Virus record (IMG/VR): IMGVR_UViG_3300024239_000014
Span: 1-64,000 of that record
Direction: 5' to 3' (one strand)
DNA: 64,000 nucleotides
Program-made: the position numbers and the translations under genes
The notes under the pieces: model-generated
What the model was told of the DNA's origin: nothing
The model's input: the letters and a program-made list of their open reading frames with translations, nothing else
Databases searched by the model: none
Shown: positions 1 through 9,032 of the stretch, one piece after another
How positions within the stretch are numbered: position 1 is the stretch's first letter
How the letters are laid out: each line of letters starts with the position of its first letter

Positions 1-235
1 AAATGGTTAGTTCTTGCACTCATCCGACACCCTAACTGACAATGAAACGAATCCTAGTATACATGTACCCGGACCGTATAAAAAGACAGGAAAAATAGGT
101 TTGCGGAAAAAACCCCTCCCATTACGGGAGGGGGTGTTAAAGCATTGAATCAGCGGCAACCGGGGAGATGAAACATCAACGCTTAACTGAGGAAAGGCTA
201 TGTTCAAGCACGTTGAGGCCGAGACGCCTCATAGA

Positions 236-742
236 TTAACTACCTGCTTCATCAACCAGACGCACAGTAGCGGCCTTGTAACCGTTAGCAGACAACGCCA
301 GAACGATCTTTTCCACATCGGATTGACCGATATCTTCCACGATGATTTCACAGCGCTGACGGTTACGGATGACAATCGTGGCGCCGTTAATCCACGGCGC
401 ACCGAGGTAGGTTACCTGACCCGACACCAAGCGCAGTTTGACAAACGGATACTGATTGGCATTATTGGGCGTGCCAGGTGGGATCGATGGAAACACATTG
501 GCGTGCATCGAATAGGGATCGAAACCCAGCTGGCGAGTGGTGTCAGCGTCCAGATGTGCCAGGACTACAGCATCGACAAAACTTCCACCCAAAATGGTCG
601 GAGCAAAAGTTTCAAACGTTACAGCGGTGCCAATCGGAAGTTGTGCCAGTGTAGCCACAAGAAACTCCTTAAAAAAAGAAAGTGGGTGAGGGTAACCCTC
701 ACCCAGAACATTGGCCTTGTCGGAGTACACCGATAGCAACAT
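236..742 (-). CDS. hypothetical protein, 168 aa
   Basis: Last ORF of a tightly packed minus-strand run; followed by a hairpin at ~112-134. Confidence 0.6.
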   Translation of the reverse strand: MLLSVYSDKANVLGEGYPHPLSFFKEFLVATLAQLPIGTAVTFETFAPTILGGSFVDAVVLAHLDADTTRQLGFDPYSMHANVFPSIPPGTPNNANQYPFVKLRLVSGQVTYLGAPWINGATIVIRNRQRCEIIVEDIGQSDVEKIVLALSANGYKAATVRLVDEAGS

Positions 743-1088
743 CGGTTCCGTTCAAGCATTGAATATTCGTCATACAAATGACCGATAGTCCCAGAATGTC
801 GAACTTTTCGACAATCTCGCAGGCGATCGAGTAGATGCGAGCATTCAACTCTGCTTTCTCAGGAATAAAGTCGGCAAACCCTTCTTCAGGGATTGGACTC
901 TCGAACCATGCGGTGAGCCATTTCCAAAGAATGATGCTCATACGCCCTTCGATTGTCTGACACCACTGACCTCGTTCTTCAAAACGAGCATCTAGTTCAC
1001 CAAACTCCAACTCCGGGCGAGCCAACAAAAATTCACGAAGCGAGTCGAGTGACGCTAGTTCAAGGATCCAGACATCGTGCTGGCGCAT
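699..1088 (-). CDS. hypothetical protein, 129 aa
   Basis: ORF in co-directional, overlapping gene run. Confidence 0.65.
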   Translation of the reverse strand: MRQHDVWILELASLDSLREFLLARPELEFGELDARFEERGQWCQTIEGRMSIILWKWLTAWFESPIPEEGFADFIPEKAELNARIYSIACEIVEKFDILGLSVICMTNIQCLNGTDVAIGVLRQGQCSG

Positions 1089-1096
1089 AAGGTTCC

Positions 1097-1543
1097 CTAT
1101 AGAGCAGCGACTTGTTTAGCCGCTTTAACAACCGCAATGGTGTAAACATAGCCATTTGACGATTGGGCAGTGACAAATGCACGAGTACCTGGCACCGCCA
1201 GCTGCCTGGCGATTTGCTGGGTGATCTGGCACGTCATCAAGGTCTCGATCACCTGAAGAACAGATTTCTCTGTCTCATTGAGCGATGTCCAAGCAATGTC
1301 GCTACTTCTGTTAGAACCAATATCGGTCGGCTCGCCTTGCATCAGCAATTGAATTTGCAGTAACAGGTACTGTGGCAAGATGTTCGAAGCATACATCGCT
1401 ACAGCTTGAGAATGACCAACCAGTTCGGCATTGGCGTGGAAAAAGGGTGTCAGATCCAACACGACCGTTGAGACGACTTCGTGAGAAGGTGTATTTACGG
1501 TACTAGAAGTCATATTCGTATTTCCTTGGTTCGACCAGTACAA
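1097..1543 (-). CDS. hypothetical protein (true start probably the downstream MTSS)
   Basis: ORF in co-directional run; AAGGA precedes the internal ATG. Confidence 0.65.
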   Translation of the reverse strand: MYWSNQGNTNMTSSTVNTPSHEVVSTVVLDLTPFFHANAELVGHSQAVAMYASNILPQYLLLQIQLLMQGEPTDIGSNRSSDIAWTSLNETEKSVLQVIETLMTCQITQQIARQLAVPGTRAFVTAQSSNGYVYTIAVVKAAKQVAAL

Positions 1544-1916
1544 TGACTTCGGTCGGTGATAGCCATTTGTAAAGTTCGGCTCGGTAGTCCGACGCCTTAC
1601 CTGAGGTGACTGGGATGAACTTCAACAGCGTTTTACGCAGGCTATGTTCAATTTCTTTACACAAGTCGGATAAGTACCGATGCCTATAGAGATAATCAAC
1701 CTGGTCCTCTGAACCGGATTGGGCGTAGTAATCCAGCCGTACAGGCAATCCTACACCATTATACCCGAAGTGTAAGAATGAACAGGACAAGATATCGCCG
1801 ACACTAACACCATTGTCACGAAACGTAAACGCTAATCGATCGCGGATGTATTCGATTTCATCCGTGACTTTAAGCACCACATAAGCGCGTTGGAATACGA
1901 CCATACGCCACCTCAT
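1503..1916 (-). CDS. hypothetical protein, 137 aa
   Basis: ORF overlapping both neighbours, typical of phage operons. Confidence 0.65.
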   Translation of the reverse strand: MRWRMVVFQRAYVVLKVTDEIEYIRDRLAFTFRDNGVSVGDILSCSFLHFGYNGVGLPVRLDYYAQSGSEDQVDYLYRHRYLSDLCKEIEHSLRKTLLKFIPVTSGKASDYRAELYKWLSPTEVIVLVEPRKYEYDF

Positions 1917-2467
1917 TGATTCACTTGGACCAGCAGGTCACCATACCGCGTAACGCCGATGACCATGACAGACGACCCATCTGCCACAAAAGGTGCCAGC
2001 GGCAAACAAAGCCTAACAAACGCTTCACCGCGCAATGCCAGATAATCGATTAACACCCTGGCATGGTCAACCAATGCATCGGACAAAGTCAGGCGTTGAT
2101 CGACTACCTCCTGGGGGTCATCAGGCGACGTAAAATCTTCCAGGTACTGGCTGTCAACGATGTCAGCAATCTGCTGGCTAATGACGGTGTTCCACCAATA
2201 ATCGCTATAAGTCATCCCTGCGGCATAAATCTCCGCAGTAGTGCGGACAAGCACGTCGTAGATCACGACGTTAGCAAAATACTTGTCAGCACCACTTGCG
2301 CGGAGGTCGTTGTCAATCATCATCTTGACAGACAGAAACGGGAGTGAGACCACTAAAGCGGTGGTCGGTGTAAGTGGGCGGTATGATCGGATGGACGACG
2401 ACATAGATCCCGTCCATCGCCGGTAAGATCCGGTACCCAACCGATGAATGGAATCCTTCAGTGCCAT
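1913..2467 (-). CDS. hypothetical protein (start uncertain)
   Basis: ORF in co-directional run. Confidence 0.6.
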   Translation of the reverse strand: MALKDSIHRLGTGSYRRWTGSMSSSIRSYRPLTPTTALVVSLPFLSVKMMIDNDLRASGADKYFANVVIYDVLVRTTAEIYAAGMTYSDYWWNTVISQQIADIVDSQYLEDFTSPDDPQEVVDQRLTLSDALVDHARVLIDYLALRGEAFVRLCLPLAPFVADGSSVMVIGVTRYGDLLVQVNQ

Positions 2468-2798
2468 ACGACCAACCTCTCTGTTTAACAGCAGCTATCC
2501 CAAAAGACGAAAAGTCAAACTCTAACCGGCGGTATACCGCATCAATTAACTCGGTGGCCAGTCCGCTAGGTAGGCCCATGTCAACGAGGCGTTCCACTGG
2601 AGTCTGCTCGGCGTAATCGTATTCCGATACGCCGTGGCAAAGTAGGTCCAGACAATACCGCACCAAATAGCACAGTATTTCTGGACCAAAGACCATTTCG
2701 AGAACGCGGCTGTTTTGCTGCCCACGGACAATCGTTCTAACACGATCCACCAACGGACCGTCCGCTAGAAGAATGTGGAATACATGATTGACGTCCAT
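2313..2798 (-). CDS. hypothetical protein, 161 aa
   Basis: ORF with GAGG upstream of the ATG. Confidence 0.65.
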   Translation of the reverse strand: MDVNHVFHILLADGPLVDRVRTIVRGQQNSRVLEMVFGPEILCYLVRYCLDLLCHGVSEYDYAEQTPVERLVDMGLPSGLATELIDAVYRRLEFDFSSFGIAAVKQRGWSYGTEGFHSSVGYRILPAMDGIYVVVHPIIPPTYTDHRFSGLTPVSVCQDDD

Positions 2799-2809
2799 GG
2801 AATCCTCGT

Positions 2810-3346
2810 TTACGGCTGGGATTGCTCAGCCATCAGGCGGTGCCACTCTTTAATGCGGTAATCACCCTCATCAATCAGAATCAGGTTCATGTCCACTTGC
2901 TTGAGTGTCCACATCCGCCACGATGGTGGTTTCACTGCATCCACAATTGGTTTCATCATGGTATTGTATTCCAATTGGAAAGCCAATTCCGTCTGATGGA
3001 TGAACTCGTCCACCAAGGTTGAGTTGGTGCATTCCGTTCCGTAAATCAGCAGGTACAGACGAAGCCAAAATTTGCGCTGGTAGGCGATATCCGGGATGCC
3101 AGAACGCAGGGCGCGATGATCCGGGCGCTCGCCGTTGTCGATCCACAGCAACATTTCGTTCAGTGCCGTAGCGACGAGCGTCGCAGCCAATGATGTCGCA
3201 TTTCTCCATGGAACTTCTTTCGGCATGTCTGCGCTGCGTTGACTGCGGCAGTACGCGCGGATACAGTGAACCATCGGATATATGTCGATCACTACCGCTG
3301 GCAGTAAATCGACCTTTTCGAGACCATGGTGTTTCGAAGCGGGCAT
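2810..3346 (-). CDS. hypothetical protein, ~178 aa (start MPASK)
   Basis: CAGGAG RBS 10 nt before the ATG at 3346; globular-looking sequence. Confidence 0.65.
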   Translation of the reverse strand: MPASKHHGLEKVDLLPAVVIDIYPMVHCIRAYCRSQRSADMPKEVPWRNATSLAATLVATALNEMLLWIDNGERPDHRALRSGIPDIAYQRKFWLRLYLLIYGTECTNSTLVDEFIHQTELAFQLEYNTMMKPIVDAVKPPSWRMWTLKQVDMNLILIDEGDYRIKEWHRLMAEQSQP

Positions 3347-3665
3347 TGTAGTCAAACTCCTGTTCGATAACGAGTATCGCAGTAAACGGTGAAATGAGAG
3401 CAATGTGGGCTTTGGGAAAACCCACGATGAAATTAAGGTGTTTTGCGTAAGCATCCCACAGACGACGTTCGAGGTCTTGTAGGTCAATACTTGTAGAACG
3501 CATGGGGCTGATGTAACTAACGCGACAATCAACGATCTCAAGGGCATCGACAGCACGCTGAAGCAATTGAAGGATATCACTACCGTTGAAGCGCATTCCG
3601 GGATGGCGTTTAAAAAACGCCAGGAGAGCTTCTTCAAGGTCTACACTAAGGGCAACATGGGTCAT
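2871..3665 (-). CDS. hypothetical protein; first ~110 aa protein-like, the rest overlaps the next gene
   Basis: First ORF after the intergenic region; no stop until 2871. Confidence 0.55.
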   Translation of the reverse strand: MTHVALSVDLEEALLAFFKRHPGMRFNGSDILQLLQRAVDALEIVDCRVSYISPMRSTSIDLQDLERRLWDAYAKHLNFIVGFPKAHIALISPFTAILVIEQEFDYNARFETPWSRKGRFTASGSDRHISDGSLYPRVLPQSTQRRHAERSSMEKCDIIGCDARRYGTERNVAVDRQRRAPGSSRPAFWHPGYRLPAQILASSVPADLRNGMHQLNLGGRVHPSDGIGFPIGIQYHDETNCGCSETTIVADVDTQASGHEPDSD

Positions 3666-3770
3666 AGCTTAAAACCCTTTCTACGATCGATCTAGACCTA
3701 TTGGTGATATATATCCAAAGGTTGTTTGAGATAGTCTCTATAAATAGACCCTGTGTGTAGTTTTTAATAG

Positions 3771-3801
3771 CGGCATAAGGGTAGGGAATGACCCCTACCC
3801 C
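3771..3801 (-). terminator. hairpin+TATGCCG element
   Basis: Minus strand GGGGTAGGGG-tcatt-CCCTACCC-TTATGCCG. Confidence 0.6.
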
Positions 3802-4034
3802 ATGACCGGATTTTCCGTCCGTTGCACTCTGTGTTCCGAGCTCCTTAACGTGCTCATTGGTAACCAGCTGGCGTGGACGCTAAGATCTTTAACGACGGTA
3901 GGGAGTCACCCATCTTTTTTGCCTTTCGGCCCAGTTTGTTATTCGACAGCCACCGAGGTGGGGTAAACCAGCATCAACCAATGCCTATCCGTTTACCTCA
4001 GCTACGCTAATCCGAAGACTGGCTAGCTGTGTGC
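3802..4034 (-). ncRNA. candidate structured non-coding RNA
   Basis: No ORF; several stems with cUUCGg and GAAA tetraloops and G-U pairs on the minus strand; TATG motif at the 5' end and a hairpin terminator at the 3' end. Confidence 0.55.
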
Positions 4035-4122
4035 ATACAATACACGCTAAAATCAAGGGGTTAGAGTTTGTGCTGTACCGCCCTAGGGGTCCAATCATCT
4101 AACGTGTTTCGTATTGGCTTCG

Positions 4123-4359
4123 TCAGTCCAGCGAGAAACCGGTCGGACGATTGAGCACGAACGCATTCCCTGGGGTGTACGTTTTGCGCTCAAAGAAATT
4201 ATGCCACTGGCCGGTACCGACTTTCAGCCATGGATAGGTCGGGGTCGTCGGTAAGCACGCAGTGCACAAGAGGATACCGCCAGGAGGAGCAGACGCAGTG
4301 AGTACCAGCGACAGTGCATCAACGGTACCGCATTTATCACAAACGAACAAGTCGTTCAC
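4123..4359 (-). CDS. small putative zinc-binding protein
   Basis: CDKC...CTAC pair; GGAGGAG RBS upstream of a GTG start. Confidence 0.6.
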   Translation of the reverse strand: MNDLFVCDKCGTVDALSLVLTASAPPGGILLCTACLPTTPTYPWLKVGTGQWHNFFERKTYTPGNAFVLNRPTGFSLD

Positions 4360-4386
4360 TTCGTTCTCCTCCAGGCAGTAAACCGA

Positions 4387-5424
4387 TTACAGGATCAGGC
4401 CGGTCTCGTCAACGACATCACTGCCAGTAACAAACTGGACAGAGTCTTTGCGGGACTTCGCCTTTTCCTCGTAAGCCTTCACGTGACCTTCGATCGTCTT
4501 GGCAATGACGCGCAGTTGATCGATAAAGACCACGTAATGGATCTCGCCGCAGTTTTGCAGCTGGGCTTCTTCAGGGATGTACCCTTCAGCCAGGTATTCC
4601 TGACCGATCTGGATCGGTACCGATTCACGGTCGGTGTACAACGACGCCACGGTAATCGGATGGACGACACCGGCGGCTTTAAACGCCTCGTCGTCTTTAC
4701 CAGCAAAGATTTCCAGCTGTGCCAACTGAGGTTGGGCACGGGACACCAGGTCAAATCGGAGCAGGTTGCGGATGTCTTGGGAATCCATGCCGTCATTGAG
4801 ACCGGAAGCAAGGATTCGCAGGGCGTTAACGGCGCGAACGCATTCAGCATCGATCTCGCTCTTGGGTGCTTCCACCGAATTGTGCGAATACCACATCACC
4901 AGAGGACGGCTGGTGGTTTTGGTAATGCTGTCAAGGCTCTTCAAAGTCTTGAACGTATTGCTGGCAGTGATAGCCGACTCGTGAGAACCAATCACGACGG
5001 CTACGACCGGGACTTCGCGCTTAAGCAGTTCCTGTACGATCAGTGGACCAAAGACCGACCCCGAACCACCCGAGGCCGAAAAGAGGACCACGTTAAAACC
5101 CAGTGCCCCGTGCTCCAGCAACAGGTCACCGATACTCGACGCGATGGGCGACGAGTTCTCACCACGGATCTTGCCGCTACCGTCAACGTCGGGTAGCAGA
5201 AAGACGGGAAGGTTGTCTCCGGCTTGACGGAGATTGGATCTGGAGGTGTCAGCCAGGACGATGTCCGGCGTGGCCAGGCCAGGCTGGTTTTCACCGTAAG
5301 CCAACTTACGGGCCAGGTTAATACCGCAGCCGCCACAACCGTAGATACGAATGCGATTCGGCGCAGTCTTCGCTTCATGGAAAGTCGCGATCTCTTGAGA
5401 CACGGCGACGGGACGTTTTGCCAT
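4387..5424 (-). CDS. phuZ: PhuZ/TubZ phage tubulin
   Basis: IRIYGCGGCGIN nucleotide-binding loop, GSGK, SASGGSGS tubulin/FtsZ signature, acidic C-terminal tail VVDETGLIL. Confidence 0.93.
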   Translation of the reverse strand: MAKRPVAVSQEIATFHEAKTAPNRIRIYGCGGCGINLARKLAYGENQPGLATPDIVLADTSRSNLRQAGDNLPVFLLPDVDGSGKIRGENSSPIASSIGDLLLEHGALGFNVVLFSASGGSGSVFGPLIVQELLKREVPVVAVVIGSHESAITASNTFKTLKSLDSITKTTSRPLVMWYSHNSVEAPKSEIDAECVRAVNALRILASGLNDGMDSQDIRNLLRFDLVSRAQPQLAQLEIFAGKDDEAFKAAGVVHPITVASLYTDRESVPIQIGQEYLAEGYIPEEAQLQNCGEIHYVVFIDQLRVIAKTIEGHVKAYEEKAKSRKDSVQFVTGSDVVDETGLIL

Positions 5425-5435
5425 AGGTATAAGCC

Positions 5436-5735
5436 TCAAATTCGTGGAGCAGTCGGACCTTTGTTCGGGCCGAGTTGATCGAAAGCAGCCATGGTGTTGG
5501 TCTGAATGCGGCGAGCTTCGCGAAGAAGCTCAATCACCCTGTGGTTGTTATCCACCGCAAGTCTCAAAGCGTCTTCAGCGGTCTTTGTCGACAGAGGTGC
5601 TGGTTTGGTGGCGGTCTGGATAGTGGTCAGAAGCATCGCGTTCTTGGCTTCGAGCTCCAGTAACACTTGCTCCAGCAGGTCTTCCAACTTGGCACCGTCA
5701 GGATTGTCACGCGACATCAGGATGGGGTTTTTCAC
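5436..5735 (-). CDS. hypothetical coiled-coil protein, 99 aa
   Basis: Heptad-rich ORF directly upstream of phuZ. Confidence 0.65.
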   Translation of the reverse strand: MKNPILMSRDNPDGAKLEDLLEQVLLELEAKNAMLLTTIQTATKPAPLSTKTAEDALRLAVDNNHRVIELLREARRIQTNTMAAFDQLGPNKGPTAPRI

Positions 5736-5803
5736 GGTTATTCACTCGATGGTATGAATCGTCACATGACTACCACCTACCGTAAAATTTAACGGAGTTC
5801 GCT

Positions 5804-6637
5804 ATGTCTGGTGCCATCCAAAAAGCGCTTGATGAAATCTTTTTCCAGATTCCGATCGAGGTACTGCAACTAGCGTTCACCTCACAAAACATCTTCCTGA
5901 CCCAACGTCAGGTCAGCATTCCCGCCATGATCCGCGAAGAAGTGATCGAACGACGCGTTCGCATCGATCTCGATTGCGCAGGGGCTTCGCAAGTAGCGAT
6001 CCCGCTGACCGGACTGGTACCCGAGTACCTGGATCAATACACCCGGGTGTTTATCATCCCTGCTTCGTTGACCGATGGTCGTTCAATCAGCGCAACGCTG
6101 AGTGTCTCCTTTGGCCAATACGGGATGTACGGTTATCCGAATGCCCTGAGCCAAGGTCAGTTCAGCGCAGGGATGCCGGGTACGGATCAGTCGGTACTGA
6201 CCAACATGATCGATAACCTGAACAATGCACGTCGTCCTATCGCTCAGGTATCTTCGGCAAATGTTCGTCTGATTGCCGAAAACACTGTGATGATCACCGA
6301 GGTCATTCAACCTACCGCTGAGCTGTACCTGAACTGCCTGCTGGGCAGCGATCAAGAACTGACTCACATCCAGCCGCCGTATTGGCCGATGTTCTCTGAA
6401 CTGGTGGTGTGGGCTACCAAAGCCTACGTGTACCGCAAGCTGAACATCCAGCTCGATACCGGTGCGCTGGTAGGCGGTCAGGGACTGGGACGTATCCGTG
6501 AAGTCGTGGACGGCTACAGCGATGCTGAGCAGACTTACCAAGACATGCGTCGAGAAAAGCTCGGGAAGATGCTCTTCCTGAACGACCCGACACGGCGTAA
6601 GCAGCATCTGCGTCTGCTCATCGGTGGCGGTAACTGA
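5804..6637 (+). CDS. phiKZ-like putative virion structural protein, 277 aa
   Basis: GGAG RBS; followed by hairpin+TATGCCG; family assignment from recall and position near phuZ. Confidence 0.65.
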   Translation: MSGAIQKALDEIFFQIPIEVLQLAFTSQNIFLTQRQVSIPAMIREEVIERRVRIDLDCAGASQVAIPLTGLVPEYLDQYTRVFIIPASLTDGRSISATLSVSFGQYGMYGYPNALSQGQFSAGMPGTDQSVLTNMIDNLNNARRPIAQVSSANVRLIAENTVMITEVIQPTAELYLNCLLGSDQELTHIQPPYWPMFSELVVWATKAYVYRKLNIQLDTGALVGGQGLGRIREVVDGYSDAEQTYQDMRREKLGKMLFLNDPTRRKQHLRLLIGGGN

Positions 6638-6646
6638 GTCATAACA

Positions 6647-6678
6647 AGCGAGGGAGGAAACTCCCTCGCTCTATGCCG
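6647..6678 (+). terminator. hairpin+TATGCCG element
   Basis: AGCGAGGGAG-gaaa-CTCCCTCGCT-CTATGCCG. Confidence 0.7.
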
Positions 6679-6775
6679 CAATTCGAATAACCGTTCTAAA
6701 TCGCTTTCTGAGCGAATCTCTAAGCACGACGGTTCCGTTGTGGGTCTTCACGCTAGAAAACTTCTCTAGCGCGTT

Positions 6776-7351
6776 TTAGAAAGCACGGGTGTTGTATTCT
6801 GGTTCAGGGTATACTGGTTCGTGTAACTGTTCAGCTAAAATTTCGATTAGCTCTTTCTCGTCGTAGTGACGTTCGGTCGATGACAGCATGGTCAGGCATT
6901 GGTTGGCATAACGAGCGTATGCACGTTGGTGATCAGTCGCTGCGTACAGTTCAGCCAAGTGACCAGGGTCGTACCAGAGGGAATTGTTTTCAAGGTTCTG
7001 GAGCGGAATGCAATCGGGACAGCAGTACGTGAACGCTCGAAACATGTCGAACGTTTTGGTGTCGTTGATGGGGAGGAACCGAAGGGCGGTGGTCAGACCC
7101 AGCAGGACAGGGAAGATCTGGCCGATGTAGTAAAACCACGTTGGCTCAGGGGTGTCTGGTCGGTGTTGGTTCAAGCTGTCCAGGAGCTCGTCGTGGTCGA
7201 CGTTGTCCATCTCGACTGTGGACTGGACTGCCAGGTGATAGATTCGCCAACTGCCGTTGTACATCCCCAGTACGGCCAGCTGGGTGTTATCCGCGATGAG
7301 TGGTGAGAGGTCCAGGCTCAGGTGAAACTGATCGGTCAGTACTGCGCTCAT
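6776..7351 (-). CDS. hypothetical protein, ~191 aa
   Basis: GAGGG upstream of the MSAV start. Confidence 0.65.
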   Translation of the reverse strand: MSAVLTDQFHLSLDLSPLIADNTQLAVLGMYNGSWRIYHLAVQSTVEMDNVDHDELLDSLNQHRPDTPEPTWFYYIGQIFPVLLGLTTALRFLPINDTKTFDMFRAFTYCCPDCIPLQNLENNSLWYDPGHLAELYAATDHQRAYARYANQCLTMLSSTERHYDEKELIEILAEQLHEPVYPEPEYNTRAF

Positions 7352-7429
7352 GCAATGTCCCTCGGTGTGTCGCCCCATACGGTATATCCTGCTGTTAAGT
7401 TTAACGTTAGTTGCCTCTTTAGTTTATTA

Positions 7430-7910
7430 CGTACGTACGCACACCCGCGCCCACCGGCGTTAAACAAGCCTTCGTACTACTTACGTAGTACTCAGGTGAT
7501 TATACGGTATTTTCCCTACGGGAAAAATACCGTGTATACACGTGCGTACCCGCACGTATAAATATATATTTAATTAAGAGAATTACGAAATATATAAATA
7601 TATTTCTATAATTTAAACTAAGGAAGTGTGCGCATAGGCGCACACGCTATTATAGTCAGGTACTTGACGTACCTTCCTGGTCGACAGACCACTCACAGTG
7701 TTTTTCACAGGATGCCTAACCTGGTGAAAAACACTATTCGTGTTCGACCTAACTGGGAGAACCTAGCAGGAGTGCTTGTGGTAAACCACGCACTCAAAAC
7801 CGAGTATATTCCTATGGACGGAAAATTCACACCGTAAAAAGTTTTGCACAAACGGGTGTTGCACACAAAGCCCCCCGACCCCCCGCGCTTCGCGGCCGGC
7901 CGGCTGGGTC
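7430..7910. repeat. palindrome-dense intergenic region with AT-rich core
   Basis: At least 9 inverted repeats plus an almost purely A/T stretch at ~7558-7621. Confidence 0.75.
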
Positions 7911-7922
7911 AGGAGGACGACG

Positions 7923-8219
7923 ATGTCATGGCGGACGTGTTTAGCGCGGTGGTCGATGCGCAAACCGCAGGGTGCGGTGCAGGAGCCGCGTGAAGCGGCG
8001 GTAGCGCTGCTGGAGCAAGCGCTCCTGTTGGCGTACGCCAATGGCCTGACCGCACGGGACGTGGCGAGCCTCACCAACGGCGTATGGGATCGGGAGATCT
8101 TCTCACGACAGGCGGTGGATCAGACCGAAGTGCTGCACTCACTACTGGCAGCATGGAGACAGACCTGCGAAGCCAAAGGGGTGGATTGGGTCACCATGCT
8201 GCTGTGTGAAGTTACGTAA
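7923..8219 (+). CDS. hypothetical protein, 98 aa
   Basis: AGGAGG RBS at 7911-7916. Confidence 0.6.
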   Translation: MSWRTCLARWSMRKPQGAVQEPREAAVALLEQALLLAYANGLTARDVASLTNGVWDREIFSRQAVDQTEVLHSLLAAWRQTCEAKGVDWVTMLLCEVT

Positions 8220-8274
8220 AAACTTACACGGGTAATTCATGGTGTGCGAGAGTCGCATGCTGGAGGGATTCGTG

Positions 8275-8421
8275 ATGACCAAACAATCTTGGGAGCCCCA
8301 ACGTCGCACATTGGAACGTTCTGAACTACGAGCAGGACAACCAGTTCGTCTTGAGGTTTACGGTCGTGATAACACACTTGTCGTCGTACGGGAAATTACA
8401 CCGGCAAGACCAGCGGCATAA
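8275..8421 (+). CDS. small hypothetical protein (MTKQ...)
   Basis: GGAGG upstream; ends at a hairpin. Confidence 0.4.
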   Translation: MTKQSWEPQRRTLERSELRAGQPVRLEVYGRDNTLVVVREITPARPAA

Positions 8422-8446
8422 CGCCCTGAGGGATTCCCTCAGGGCT
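8414..8446 (-). terminator. hairpin+TATGCCG element between convergent genes
   Basis: + strand CGGCATA-ac-GCCCTGAGGG-att-CCCTCAGGGC. Confidence 0.65.
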
Positions 8447-8458
8447 GTTACGAAACGG

Positions 8459-8812
8459 TTACGGGGTGTACAGGCCCGCGAAAGCATCAGCCACAGGCTC
8501 AATGGCGTCGGCCAGGTCGGAGGGCTTCCGATCAAACGAGATAGCGAATTGCTCAGCAGTACCGAGATTGGACTGCACGTAATCGCCGATCGCAGTAGCG
8601 AGCTCGTCAGTGTCGCTGATGTTCGTGACAGCGTAGTAGCGAATGCCGCGATCACGAAAGTACGTTTTGAGTCGTTCCTGGGCAGGTGCTTCACCAGGAG
8701 CAGTAGCGTCGATGAACGCCTTGTTGCCGGAGTAGTCGGGATTAGCGTCTAGCACTAGACGCAGTTGGGTGTTGGCAGCGGCGGCTTCAGCCACCTTGGC
8801 GATGCGAAACAT
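8459..8812 (-). CDS. hypothetical protein, ~117 aa (MFRIAK)
   Basis: AGGAGG RBS before the internal ATG. Confidence 0.65.
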   Translation of the reverse strand: MFRIAKVAEAAAANTQLRLVLDANPDYSGNKAFIDATAPGEAPAQERLKTYFRDRGIRYYAVTNISDTDELATAIGDYVQSNLGTAEQFAISFDRKPSDLADAIEPVADAFAGLYTP

Positions 8813-9032
8813 GTGCGTCCTCCTTTGGACTGATTCATGGAATATCTCCACGCTGAAAGTGGTCGACACCAGCGCCGACCATAAGAACTCACTCAAAACC
8901 GTACTAAAACAAAAAAAAACAGCGGAGACGAACTCCGCTGCGTTGTGACGCCAATGGCTGTGGGTAGATCACTGGATCAAAGCGGCGTCCAAGGCTCCGT
9001 TACCGGAGCGACCCTACGACACAGAAACGGGT

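Noticed and set aside
7322-7837. Short ORFs (79 aa, 69 aa) across the palindromic region
   Set aside because: GTG starts without a convincing RBS; atypical composition explained by the palindromes.
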